Assembly: GCA_973895155.1 (NCBI GenBank)
Contig: OZ316895.1
Span: forward strand, 15,754,816 to 15,818,815
Direction of reading: 5' to 3'
Source: Marsupella aquatica
Taxonomy: Eukaryota > Plantae > Marchantiophyta
DNA length: 64,000 nucleotides
How positions within the stretch are numbered: the first letter of the stretch is position 1; each line of letters starts with the position of its first letter. Below, one piece after another: positions 1 through 13,800 of this stretch. The notes beneath the pieces are model-generated. The model did not search any database. It saw nothing but the letters and a program-made list of their open reading frames with translations, and was not told where the DNA came from. The position numbers and the translations under genes are program-made.

Positions 1-155
1 AACGAGCTCGGCGAATGTTGATTACTCGGCAGGGTAATTCTGACTCGCTGTTGTGAAGGAGGGAGTGGTAGAGTTGCCGATGGAGAACGAGATAGGTAGA
101 GTAGTCGACCGAGCGTGAGATTTTCACGGCCAGAGAAGGAATTAGGGAAGTAATC

Positions 156-2443
156 ATGGGTTCGAGCAAGAAAACAAGTGCGCAGCTAGTTGAGCTGTTT
201 CAGAAAGCATCGAAAGCGGCAGAGAAGGTTGAGGATGACGAGGGAGATCAAACCGAGGAGACACGGTGCGTCGATGCTCTCAAGGCTATGCGAAATGTCC
301 CCGTGACGACCAGTATTTTAATGGACACGCAGGTAAGTCTTTGCTTTGAGTGACTTAGCTATGCTTGGAACGATTTTTAAGCTGTAGAAAAACCTACAGT
401 AGAATTATGGTTTGGCAATGAACTGCAAGGTCCACACACGCTACTTACATCTTCGTAAAATTTCATCTTAGTCGGAGATGTTTCCCGTAGAAAGTGACCG
501 GCACGGTTAGCTTTAAACCTCATTTCTTTGTTGAGACTCTTTCTCGACGTGGTGCAGTACACTCTGAAAAGATCATTGCAAAGGCCTTCGGTAATAAATC
601 CTTCTAGAAGTTCACGGCAATTACAGTGGCTTGCTGTGCAGACGCACTCATTAGTTGATTTTCGATGTTCATGTTCTCAGTTTTAGGGGAATCTTGCAAA
701 CCCTAGATTTTTCTTTCAAGGTGATTTACAAATTTTACGTTTTCTGACGACACGATGTAGCTAACTCGAAGGCGATGCTGGAAACTGTGATACCCTATCA
801 AGAAAAGTAGGAATCCAGTTCATCTCGTTAAACTTCTTCCCTTTGTCGTGCATTTTCTCCTTTTGATTGTCCACCTACGCTCCGCTCTTCCCTCTTGCGT
901 TTTGCCACGCCTTCATGGCCTTTGATGGAGTTGCTGTCCAAAATGAGATGTGAAATATCGTCTGAACTTGCTTTCTAGAAAGTGTTCAACAGCAGTAAAT
1001 ATATATGGAAGTCAATGAAAATGGTCAATCGCAATAAATCAATGTGAGAGTGATGTAGAAGTCTTTTGCTTGCCAGCAGCATTTCCTGCTAGTCGTTCCT
1101 TCCGCACTTTGAGGTGCGTAGGTGGACGATCAAAAGTACTTCTTGAAAGAGCTTTACATGTTGTCGGTTAGAATGAAAGTTAATTGCCCAACATGGTCTT
1201 ACTTCCTCGTAGCACGGTTGCTTGATTCTGCATTTCAGAATTTTGAGGAAAGCCTGAATTATGTAATACTTCATGTAAAGGTTGATTGAATCATCGAAAT
1301 CTTTTGGTGTCTCTGGCCTAAAGCTGATATACTTCTTTCTGGTTATAAGTTTTATTCGTGGATATATGTGCTGTCAACATTAAATTTCTGCTGATCAATT
1401 TTTCTCTGCGTATATCTCCGCACACCTTCAGTGTCAGTAACATTGTAAGAATGTCTTCGATTTTCAGTAGGTGTTCCTCCTTGCTAGGAGTGTCTTGCTT
1501 ATATGTTACACTAACTTATTAGTTGAAACTTTTTGTCAAGTTTACTGAACTCTGAATTCATGATTGACTTTCGTAGGTTGGCAAGCAGCTACGGAAGCTC
1601 ACCAAGCATAAAAACTCTAGAATATGTGTTCTTGCTCAAGAGTTGATAGATGCCTGGAAGAAGGTAGTGGCTACAGAGGCAGCTGCCAAGAATGCAAGCA
1701 CAGCGTCAGCTGCCAAGAAGGCCCCTGCAGAAAACGAATCACTGAAGTCTCCTGGGCTGAGTTCTCTATCACTAAAATCTCCCAGCAGAGCTGCTAAACT
1801 TGTGAAAACGGAGCATACCGTCGAAGTCAAAAAGACTTCAATTACTGTCACTACCACGCACTCACAAAGTAATGGTACACAAGCGAATGGCGCTTTGAAG
1901 CCGTTGAGTGTACCGAAATGTGGGGACTCAACAAGAGACAGGATACGGGAGCTTCTAGCAGAGGCTTTCTCGAAGGTTCTCACTGAGGCAGAAGACGAAT
2001 ATTTGAGTAAAGTGATGGCAACTAATATAGGACAGGTGGTGGTTAGTGTTGAAAATTCTATGTTCAGCAAGCTAGGCCTTTCCACAGGTGTTGCTAACAA
2101 GGGAAAATACCGTTCCATAATGTTCAATCTTAAAGATGCCAACAACCCTGATCTGCGGAGAAGAGTACTCATTGGTGAGATTGCACCACAGGAGCTGTTG
2201 ACAATGAGTGTGGAGGACATGGCAAGTGATAAGAGGAGGCTGGAAAATCAACAAATCAAGGACAAGGCTCTGTTTGAGTGTGAGAGGGGACTGAAGCAGG
2301 CAGCATCAACTGATCAATTCAAGTGTTCAAAATGTAAACAGAGGAAGTGTACCTACTTTCAGATGCAAACTCGTAGTGCTGATGAGCCCATGACCACATT
2401 TGTGACATGTGTAAACTGCAACAATCACTGGAAGTTCTGCTAG
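156..2443 (+). CDS. TFIIS: Transcription elongation factor TFIIS (2 exons: 156-332, 1577-2443)
   Basis: Exon 1 ends MDTQ|gtaagt and joins in phase 0 to tcgtag|VGKQLRKLTKH (TFIIS N-terminal domain). Central domain has KYRSIMFNLKDANNPDLRRRVL. The C-terminal Zn ribbon CSKC...QTRSADEPMTTFVTCVNC keeps the catalytic DE hairpin. Confidence 0.97.
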
Positions 2444-5400
2444 GTTTGTATCTGTGAAATTTCTTACTCCCTAATTTATAGCAAAGATGCATGATCGTGT
2501 CAACTGCGCCAAGAGCATATTTGGGTCCAGCAACAGATGAGAGCATGATCACTTGTTTGGGCCTCAATGTCCTTTTACTGGAAAGGAAGTTGCCGTTGAC
2601 AAAGCATCGTATGAGTTAGCTTCAGAGGAAGAGTTCATGTTAGATGTCTGTTCCAGGACTTCCTATATATAATTAATATTGTTATTCCTGAATTGGAACC
2701 ATTGGTGGAATCCTTGCAATTGATTGCCTTGGGTTATCAAGTACGCTGTCAAAAATATGTATTATTGAATCGGTTCATGCCCAGTGGTTTGTACCAATCT
2801 CGGTTGAGTCGTGCACTTCGTATTCTCCAATGTTATTGCTGGCTGTGTCCTGCCTATTGTCTCAGTTTTGCCTTCAGGATCTTTCTGGAGAACGCCTTGC
2901 AAATCAACGATTGTTCGTGCAGTACTGAGGACCAGAGTGTCGCAGCTTGTGCAAGTTATCCTCCCTATTCGCAACAATCTGAGTTCTTTTAATTACGCAC
3001 TGCAGCTGTCTCTGTCAGGTACTGATACTGAGTATGTGAGTCGTATACAGTTGTGTGTAGACTTGTGACTGTTTCCTTGTGCCTCAACCGTTGTCAACTC
3101 ACATGTTGATGTGCTTGAACATGCACAAATTTCTAGGCTTTAGTGACGTGACCTTTTAGAGGAATTTGCAGGCATTTTCGCAGCGCAGTGTATAGGGCTA
3201 GCCCTGAACCAAATTATGGTTGGTTTTCTTCCCTAGGACATTATTATCAAGCCGCATTTGTAGGTTCGAGTGGACCACTGTACACATCTGCCACACATCT
3301 CTCGCAGTTGATATTTTGAGAAAAGCAGTTCGGGTCTTTTTTAATGCTAACGACCATAGACATTGGATGGTCAGAAGGTTGTATATACGGTTGTCATTCA
3401 TTTGCCTAATCCCAGATGCTTGTCACCGTACCATCAGTCCTTCGATTGGAACACGTAATACTGTAATCCTCTCCTTAGTGTATGATCTTTGAGTCAAGAA
3501 ACTAACTTCTAGACATTTGTGCTCTTTTGCAGAGAGCATTCGTGTGAAAGGTCTAATAAATGTCTATTCGTTTGGACGCGAATGCTTAACCAAGCCCGAA
3601 GCCTATGACCCCTGATATCAATGTTTGTCCTCTGATTAATTTCTCCTAACGTTCTCTCTGGATAGTTCTACTTTTAGCAGAGAACTTCTTGGTGCCATGC
3701 ATTAAGGTTTTCATAACACATTCAATTTCATTCTTGACAGATCTATTTACTGCAGTACTATTGCCAGTTTTTGTAGACAAGGAAAAATCCGTCAGATGAG
3801 GTCATTATCATTTACAAGATCTGATTTTGGTATTGTAGCACCATTCCGGCAGCTGAATTCGGATGGAAGTCCAATCACAGTACTTTGAACAGTGTTGGAT
3901 GCACACCTGAAGATAGCGATGGATGAATTCCTTATATTTTGGGGCACGGGTGGGTCACGGGACTAATGTCACGAGCGATTAATCGACCAAAAGTTCCCTG
4001 GACTAAGGTGGTGATTCAACTGCAAAACTGAATCCTGACCAATACGACCCGGCTCTGCCTTCTTACGTTGGGTTGCAGAAGAATTACTTGATCTTCATAG
4101 CCAGCACTATTCGGATAGTTACAGGCTTGTCATTGACGAGGCATTCTCCCCACCGAATGACATTTTGCGCGCGTGAAAATAAAATGTTATCCCACTCCTT
4201 TGTCGAGGTTATTGTTTGTGCGATGTCTGGTGTTTTGAAACGGTTTTTTTGTAATCAATTGTTTAAAGTTCTCTAACTTTCGCCCAGAACCATTACACGC
4301 AATGCGTAACCTTTTGATTTGTTCACATGATGGAAAGATATCTGCCTTTCCCAAGTCTTCTAGACATTAATAATCAAGGATAGTCTCAGACGAGTAGCCT
4401 TTCTATGGATTTTGTAACACCTACGGTCTACGCATCTACGTGAATTGCATTTCTACCGGTTACCTTGCACCATATTTCAGTCTATGCGATTCCATCTCGA
4501 TGGTCCTTCAACTTCTCTTGAAGTAAATCCCATTTCAGCACAAGATGTTCATCAGATAAGATTAAGTAAACGATTTAGTCTATTTCCCTTGAACAATGGA
4601 AATGGCGGAGTCCTGGAGATATTCTGTGCTAGTCAATGAATTAAGAGATGTAATATTTGGCGGGGGATCACTCCCAAGTTACCACCAATCTTGTTTTGAC
4701 GCTTTCGATCTGACCTAAATAGTTTGTACAGTCTGAGCCAACATCTAAACTCCACAGAACAGTCGGTGTGTGTCTCTTCAATTTGAATGAAAGGGAAACA
4801 CTTCAGTAGGTCCTGACTTGAATTTTTTTATCGCAATCAATGTCGATTGCTTAGAGAACTGCCTCCTCTGCACATCGATCGATCTAAACTCCATCTATCT
4901 GTTCTGCAGCCTGCTGTCTACCCTTGGGTGGAACACGGTACCAGTCAGCACAGATCGTGTTCATCTGTCAAACGTCAGCGAACTAGCTTCGTTGAATTGA
5001 ATCCGTGACGGTCAGTTTCTGTTAATGTGTGCACGTATCTCCCTGTTATTACCCCTTGAGGAAACTTTGACCGCCAAATATTCAATGTGACAATAATTGA
5101 GCAATTGCCCGATTGAAGTTTACATGGAATTATGTATACTTGTGTTTTCGGGAGGTGAAATGGAGTACCGAAGCTGTCAGTGACCCAGGCGTTGCTTTGC
5201 AACCACAGTAGTGACACAGACAATGGGACACCATACTTAATTCACTAATTTCATGCTAAGGCTTCGTTACACTCACTGCCAACTTCTGTTGATTTCTTCA
5301 AATGCATCCCCTAACGTACGAGGAAAGATGGACCACAGAATTATCAGATTGTGAAGGAACAGCTGCTAATGAAGTAGAAGCAAGGAATTGAATTAGTACT

Positions 5401-5919
5401 TGTTTACGTGGTAGTTGAGGTGGCTTCACATCATTTGATCGGATGTGAAGGTCAGTGTTATTTTAGATAGGGAGTTTAAGTAACTCGTAAAACAGGTTTA
5501 TAGAAGGAACTGGTCCTGATGCCTACTCGTAGAGGGATGGACCGTAGAGTATAAGTATATCATTCCTTGTTATTATAAATGTATAGAGCCTTTTCCGATT
5601 GGAATCAGCTCATCATAAGTCCAAATGTTGGAGGCCTCGACGTTGTTCAGGTGAAGAGTCTATCTCGTTTTGCAGATTAGGCCGTCAAATGCTGGTACCT
5701 TTTAAATCGCTAGAGTCCCACAGTTCCACAAAGTGTGGGAGGACACAATAGTCACTTTTTGCACTATTTCTGTGTGTTAAGATTATTTCCTTTTTGACTT
5801 GGTTGACAACATTATTGACTAATTATGGTGACCAGGTTTTTGATAAGGAACACTCCATGATTAATGCAACTAATTTTAGGAGTTGCTTTAACTAGCTAAT
5901 ATCTAGTTTGGCCGGCTGA

Positions 5920-6795
5920 GGTGGACTCACATTATTTAACCAAAGTGTGAAGGTTTACTGGTGCTTAAACACCCAAACCTCTTATTTACTCTGTGGCTTA
6001 GGCAGGGAAACAAGCCTGGATGGACTGAGGGGTTTGTGGTGAAACTGGGATGGGATTACCAAAGTTTGAAAAGACTAATGCAGAATGCCTAAATAGAATC
6101 CGGTAGCACCTTTTACAAATTTGACTGTAATCTGACTCTCATGCCCAAACTACTCAAGGCATCCTCGGAGACTTCGTTCACAAACCTGAAGAGTCCTTTC
6201 TCAAAAGTTGTAGTTTGCAGCGCATACCCGATTCTTCAGAGTGTCCTGCACAGAAGTTAAGCACCCATTGGCAATCAGTTGTAATATTTGACCATTTTAG
6301 TGCTTGTTCAAAATGGAACAAATTATCTCAGAAAAATCTCAAACTTTGTGAGATACTAAATATGATATCAATGAACATGTTTTCGAGGTGATAGATATGA
6401 TATCAAAGAACATGATTGCAAACAAATAGACAAAACAGATATCCAAAAGTTGTACACATGTATGCACAAGTTTGTCAAAAACAGAAGCTTATAGTTGGTG
6501 GGGATGCCTGAAAAAACTATTACGAGAGTACTTAATTAACAAGAGGCATGCTTCCAAAAGCAACCTATCACTTATCTTGCTAGTGTAATCGACTGTGCTC
6601 AATCCATGGGGATAACAAACCCCTACTAATTCACATTATTTGACCAAATGTGAAGGTTTACCAGTTGCTTGAAGACCCTAATATCTCCTTTACTTTGTGG
6701 CTCAGGTGGACTCACCTTATGTGTGACTGATGACTGTGCTCAGTTCATGGGCAGAACAACCCCTGACTCACATTATTTGACTAAATGTGAAGGTT
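5920..6795. repeat. Three diverged direct copies of a TCACATTATTTRACYAAA-TGTGAAGGTT unit in AT-rich, TE-like DNA
   Basis: Copies start near 5927, 6632 and 6768. The first two continue with similar tact-tgtggct-agg sequence. Confidence 0.6.
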
Positions 6796-6829
6796 CTAGG
6801 CCTCAACTAATATTCAATTGGCTTATTAG

Positions 6830-7355
6830 TTTTTTACTACCTTGTCCCCCAAACTGACTGTTATTCTCAATGTGACCCCTCAACTATCTTAATTATTACA
6901 TTGACCCCCCATTTTGTTCATAGGTTACTCTTTCCCGCACTTAACCTGAGGTCATTCCACACTAGCAATTGTCTGCCACATGGCAAGGTGCTATTTGCTG
7001 TGCAATGTGAGAAATCAACCCAGCCTGGGTTTGTTAGTTTAACAGGATGGAGGGGGAGGAGCTGAGTGTGAAAGGAGGGGGCAGCTCTGTTGTAGGGCCT
7101 GTGTTTTGTAAAGCAGGAGGGTGGGGACTGGGGAGGAATCCAGCGTAGGGCAGGGTAGAGCCTGGATTAAGCACAACCTGAGGGAGCTGGCCCTAGAATC
7201 CCACCTTTTTTCATAGTTGGAATGAGAGTAGGTTACCCCATTACCAGATGGGGTTTGGCGGGGCCAATAGCACCTTGGCATTGGCAGTTGGCCAACCGTA
7301 CAGAGAATGGTACAACCTAGCAATTAAAATAGTTTGGGGACAGGTGAGTAAAGAA
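6830..7355. mobile_element. Non-autonomous long-TIR (Mutator-like/foldback) element, copy A; ends approximate
   Basis: ttactaccttgtcccccaaact (~6834-6855) is inverted to agtttggggacaggtgagtaa (~7331-7351). It shares attgtctgccayrtggcaaggtgcta with the copy at 18.5-19.2 kb, and its core is the reverse complement of that copy's core. Confidence 0.6.
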
Positions 7356-10300
7356 GGTAAGCTCTGAGTTTTCATTAACTTTTCTTTCTAAGAAAAAAGC
7401 CATGACTCATATGTGTGCATGAGAGTACAGTAGTTTGGTCCTGAGCTTCATGTCTAGGCTTGACCTTCGTGGCGCGGCTACGGAAAACTGTTGGACTCGA
7501 AAACGATTAATGATCTCTTACTAGTCGGCGCGATTCCAGCGCCTGATGGTCGACCATATCCGAAATCTGACGAAACCAATCCTCAGCAAGTCTCCAATAC
7601 TCGAAGTCTCAACCAATCCACAGCAAGTCTCCATTACTCTCGAAGTCTCGAACCTCGATTCTTCTGTTTGATGCTTTTGTGCTTGAGACTTCATGATGTC
7701 GTCACAATTTGTCTGATTGTCAATCACTGGGATGATTGGTGGAATAAGCAACCCTGAGAGACCTGTGGCCCTGTCTGGGTTGTCGTCGACTCTTGGATAA
7801 ATATGCTGTTGTCGATTATACGCCAGCCGCTCGTGGAATTTGTTTTGTTGTCGTGGGGATCAGTGCAGTCTTTGGGGATGTCGCCCGATAAGTTAAGCAG
7901 ACACGACCAAACCATCCCGTCGGAAGGAACAAGTATTTATGGTAGGTTTTCCTCATATCAAACTTCGGTGTCCGTTTCTCAAATGGGAAAACGCTTTCAC
8001 TTTTCTACCCTTTTCATCACCGGTAGTACCGAATTCTATGTTGGAACCGTGGTAACTCTACTCGGTGAGCCAATTATTATTGACAGAACTCAATCTCACC
8101 AGCAGGTGTCAGCAGCAGTCAGCCGACTCGACTCGGCAGGTGAGAGTCAATGCCATCGTGAATCCAGCTTTGCACAGTTTGCCAATTGCGCAAACAGACC
8201 ACATCCATTTGGATGTCACACAAATCAAGTACCCAGATCAACTACTAAAAGAAAGTCCCAAGTTTACCAGGGGAGACGAGACTCACCACGCTAGTTCGAC
8301 TGGATACTAAATAATTTAAACTTTGCAACATTGTTTTTAGGATGGGTCGGACGGAAGCTCTCTGTCTGGATTCACGATGACATTGAGTCTTACCTGTCAG
8401 TACTACTATGTGGATCACTGGAACAAGATTGTGCCCCGCTGTCAGCCCTTGTGAGTCTCGGTGGGCCCAAAATTTATTGAGTCACAGGATTCCGTGTTAT
8501 TCGTTCAACTTTGCCAAATGCCAACTCATTCAATTCGTTAGTCAAGTCGAGCATCGGAGCAAAGGGTACAGTTTCATTCTGTCAACGCATTGCCGGCCTC
8601 CATTTTCCTGTTTCACTATTTCGAGTTTTCGACCGTGGATCACAAGAAACTTTAATGAAATCCTCCTCGACTGGCCTGCATCGAATGATTACAACAGGTG
8701 TGGCGCTCTTTGTCTTTTCTGGTCTTTTCTTGAGCGAACTCAGTCCCCAAAAGTGTCCGGGAAAGCCCAAGGAATGCGAAACAGCCAAAAGTAGTGAAAT
8801 CCGTGTTGCCAGACTCCTGCAAACTTCGAGCACAACAGTCATAATTATGATCCAGATGGATGGATGGAAGTCTAAAAAGAGGGCTCTCGACCTCACCTCT
8901 ACAGCTCTACTTTTCCCCCCGGGCTCGAGCTCGACCAATATGAAATCTCGCCATTGATTGATCGACCGTATTCCCTCAATAAAGCTCTGGCTGACTGACG
9001 TGGTCGTAGTGCTGCTCTACCCGTAGCCTTGCACTCTACAGCGCAACAAACCCGGACAGGATGTTTCAAGCTCGAACACGCTCTCAAATCTACGCAGGCC
9101 CATCCATTCTGCTTGCCTTTGGGTTGGGTTGGGTTGGGTTGAGTTGATCTCAGCAAATAGATCGACCTTTTACTCGATAAACCAGCAGATTGCATGTCGA
9201 CTGCGGTGGGAAACCTTCGTCCTTTTTCTCGGTACATAGGGGCTGCAGTCCCGGCATGCTGATTGGTTGCCAAGATGCTCTGCGATCAACGTGACTGACT
9301 CTCCTTATCTATTGTAGATCCCTTTCTTTTCGCCACGGAAATTTCTCATCCGTGTTTCTAGCTGAGTTGATTTCTTTTCATGCCATGGAAATTTCTGGGG
9401 GCCCACATCTGTTTGTTCGGGACTTCGGGACCAGTAGGTTGGTTGGGTTGTTGTCGCGGGCGCGGACGTTGTTTAAAGGCATGAATGCACGACTTAGAAG
9501 CTTTTCGATTCGCTTGGTGTTTGCGACTGTACTACTCGCAACGCATGAGCGCTGCACGATGGCGGTTCTGGTTGGACGTCGTCCGGGAAGGAATGTCTGC
9601 GTAGATGATGATTTTGGCTAGATAAGAGCTGTGAAGGGCTCCGCTCCGGGACGCTCCGCTGATACGGCTATGGCTGAATTTGGCTTTTCGACCTTGTGGT
9701 CGCGGATGGCTGAGCGGACGGTATCACCACGTCGCTGTTATTTTCGTACAAGTAGCGAGAACATGCTAATCGAATGGTGAGAATGTGCAATCCGTAGAAT
9801 TGAGGTGTGAGCGCGGGTGCTCCGATTTCGAGTTTGCTGCGCGAAATCGTTCTTGTAGTAGCGCTGTTTTGATACACTGCTCCTGGTTTCCGCGGACCGA
9901 TGGTGATTCTCTTGTCACGCTTTCGTGTCTCCGTTTGCTGGCTGCCATTCAATGCATTCCCATCCTTTCCTGCATTGGAGAATTGCCTTGATTCGAAATT
10001 CAGAAGACTCGGATACATATGACGGAATGTAGGAGTCGGTCGTGCTTTGCTTGCCCGTGACCGACGCCATCGCGAAGGTAGAGCGTATGGATTTGTGAGG
10101 ACTGGTACTGTAGAACCTCTCGCAACATAGACATTCTATCCATTGAGCTGACTAAGTTCGGAAGCTTGCAGAATAGTGAGCTTCAGTAATTCGTCGCGAC
10201 TTAAGGGGAATCCGTCCATCACACGTTGTACCGAGTTCTTCTTTCAAAGCACGAGGCAACCTCGTGCAGGTCGAGATTCTTCAAATCATTTCAGACTCTG

Positions 10301-10860
10301 AACTCTACTGAATAGTTAATTCGCATTTTCGACGGAGGATTTCCATACCAGCGGGGAACTATTCCCACACTTGCTCGTACAATTCCTGGCAGCTGTCAAT
10401 TTCGTGCGCATGTGTTTCTTATGCTTGGAAACACTGTTAAATCGCTGTAGAGACTGTACCAATACTATATCACCAACATTTTTGCTGCAAGATGGTAATG
10501 GTAATGATAGCATTAATTGGTGGAACATCCAAAGAAAAATGGGAGACGCAGGCATGGGTGAGTCTGCAGTACCGGTCTGTACAGTAGCAGGTGTGAATGT
10601 CAACTTCGACGTCAAATGGACTAGGAGTGACGACCAGTCACCAGTCTCGTTCCTCCGATCACCCTTTTTTGCATATTGAGAGGAATTCTTTGTGTCTTTA
10701 TGACTCACGGTTCCTCGAGGTGTAGCTATTGTAACGACTAGATGGCATCAATTGTGCGGGAAGGAGGGAATCGGAGCTTAGGTTGAAGTGTGATGATCAC
10801 CTTGGAGTAGGACGACGACCGTTATGCTTTCTCTGGAGTTGGAGAGATAGATTATACACT

Positions 10861-13800
10861 ATGGCGGCCAACCGAGCTGCCTTTGTTCAGTTCCCAGAGG
10901 AGATCTTGACTAAGGTACTAACTTCTTAAAACCGTAGCAATCGTAGAGATTTCTGGTTGATTTCGCTCGTTCCATTTGCAGCTTTTCTATGTACGATCTC
11001 AATAACCAAATTTTCCGCGAATGCAACTTATGTACAATCATGACGTTTCCTTAGATAGCATAGACACTCCTCGATACACTCAGATTCCGGCTCACAGTCA
11101 AGTGCGCACAGTGGCATTTGCAGTGTTCTTTCAATAGGGTAGTGCATCGATCTCTAAGTATGGAATGTGTCAGACCAGTGATTCATTTTGCATAAAGATA
11201 TTGCATCTCTGAGGCTGGAAGATGTTAGACCAACGAGATCCACCGGCAATTCCGCCAAACCAAAGGGTAAAAATACGGCACCGTAGTATGTGCTGGCGCC
11301 CGTCCTTGCTGCTGCGGCCCCTCCTTCAGAAAGATTTAGTGTAGCATTTCAATGTGTAGGTCTTCAGTCTGCTGAACATGGAGGATTTGCTGCAAGCGAC
11401 GGCCGTATGCAAGGTTTGGCAGCAGGTCGCTTCATCGGAGGCTCTATGGGAATCAATTTGTCGACAACGCTGGCGCTTGTGGACGAAATTACCTGCAAGC
11501 ACTGCTGGCAGCAGCCAGCATTGGCGTCAAACGTGTGAACGGAGAGTCGAACTCGACCGTTCCGCACGCCGCCTCGTAACGGAGATGGCTTGGCCGCTTA
11601 AAAGGCACAAGTGTTTTAGAGAAGTCGTTGAGTTTGGTGACCAGGTTGTTGAGGTACGTCCTACACCCTCCTCGTATTGTTCAGCAGAATTCGACTTGGT
11701 TTCCCACCGAGTCCTCGATGCAAACTTGACCAATGAAGTCTGTATGCCCTTTAGAACACGAGGCCTTTTAACCTGAGAAAAGATGGTGAACATAGATGGT
11801 GAACATCCCGGCGTGTAAACAATATATTTTTCATGTATTTTGTTGTTTCTGAACGACACTACCACATTTGAGTGGACACTATGCTGTCGAGGAGGAGTGG
11901 CTCTGTATGATTGGGATAGTTCACAGCTAGTGATGACATCTAAACGTACATAGAGGATTGCAGAGCATACAACTTGAGGTTTTGGAGGGCAACTGGTAGA
12001 AGGAAATCTAACGCAGCGGAAGAAGGAATTGTTAACAAACTTCCGGGCATGACTTATTTATGATTAGGACTCAAGTGAGTAATACATTCTGCTTTCTGAT
12101 GGCCCGAAGGTTGAATGTGCAATTGTCTTTAAGGAGCTAGAGAGGCTTTCTTCAAGACAAGGAGACCAGGAAGATGGCACCCGCTTCTTCGCTTCAAAGT
12201 CCTTACAGCGGATCAGCCAAAACAACTGTATCATAGCCATGAAAGAACTGCTCGCTACTCCACTTCCACAGGTACCGACCAGACGGCTATGTTACTAATT
12301 CATTCGACTTCGTGTTTTAAAAAGAAATTCCTCGGCTTCGTAATTTGTTCGATTTCAGGTTGTCGATGCACAAGGCGCTGTTTCTAACCTCTTCGTATCA
12401 TAAACTGGCCTGATTCGGAGCAGCTAGAGGACTGTCTCGCAAGGGGAGCATTGATAATATCCAAGCTCAGGTCCGTATATCCTCGAGTAGAGAATTTCGT
12501 ATCGTCATTCACGATTTTGACAGATGCAACCTGTTCATCCCTGGAATGTCTCACTATATTCTCATCTTTCCTTCGAATGTAGCGCATGCTTTTCCTTTTA
12601 ATTTTCTACATGATTCGTGTCGCGCAGATACCAGGATCTCGATATTGAAGTAGTCGAGTCGAGGCTTGAAGATTGGAAGGATATCCTGTTACAGCGTCTC
12701 AGGAGCGATGCAGAGTAAGAGCAGAACCTGGCCATTTTCGAGTATGGAAATCACAATGAAATAGATGTTCTCATGTCGTTTTTTGTTCTTCCGGCGGGGG
12801 TTTCCACTCATAGCTCTGTGAAGTTCTTCCGTTTGAAGTGCTCATAATGCATCGCTCTCCTCTCAGCGTAGCGCGATATGGTGGATTGAGTACTTCTGCT
12901 GGGGCTCTGGCTGGATTGAAGCAGCTCAACGCATTGTTGTTTGGAGATGCGAGAGCTCCACCGCCTGGCGAGGACGCTGATTCGCAAGGAACACTTACTA
13001 GTGATCCACTTGTGGACGTCAACGTTTTCAGGCAGTGCATGAACCTGCGAGCAAACGTAGAAGACTACTACAATCCTTCAAATTTATATCTTAATGACGT
13101 ATTGGACTCACGGAAAGGAGTGGAGATCAGGTAATCATCAGCAAGAATCAATCGTTTGTGCACCGTCCTTCATCGTACAGCAACTATCAGTAAGAGTCAA
13201 TCGTTTGACTAACCTAGCAATTACGGCTGTTCTTGGTTTATCGGTGACTCCTTCATTGATACACAACTCTGCTATGATGCAGCCTGGCGATCATTCACTC
13301 CGCCATAGGAAGGAGATCTAACATCCCAGTGCAAATAGTTGCCATTCCAATGCGTTTCGTCACCAAGGTTGGAGAAGAAGGGGAAACAGACGAGCGTTTC
13401 GTTGATGTATTCAATTCAGGACGGCTACTTCTACGTGACGAGTGTATTGACCTCATTCAGTAGGTACCAGGTACCTTTGTGGACAAGTCCAAGTTGGCCA
13501 TGTTACGTACTTGCAGTTTCAAGATTGCATCATGTACCGGTTGGGACCACTTGTTCCCAGATGTGTTGTAGACAGTTACAGTTTCCTTGATTCATTATAA
13601 TCAATGGTGTTTTGCTCTTGGGCAGAGAAATGGGTCTGGATATCGAGACTGACAGGCTAGCTCTTGTTCCTCCTTCAAGGATTTTCTACACGATATGCGA
13701 CAATCTTTACGCGATCTACCAGCAGGTAAACGATCCAATTCTTAACTTACATGCAATTGGCTTTATTTCTCATCCCACAAGAGACGTATGATATCAATAG

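Noticed and set aside
15-118. Two short uORFs upstream of TFIIS
   Set aside because: The transcription start is outside the window or unknown, and a possible donor near 34 may remove them. They cannot be supported.
1636-2220. Long antisense ORFs (also 36081-36530, 51132-51578, 46956-47375)
   Set aside because: Shadow ORFs of real coding exons with no independent motifs.
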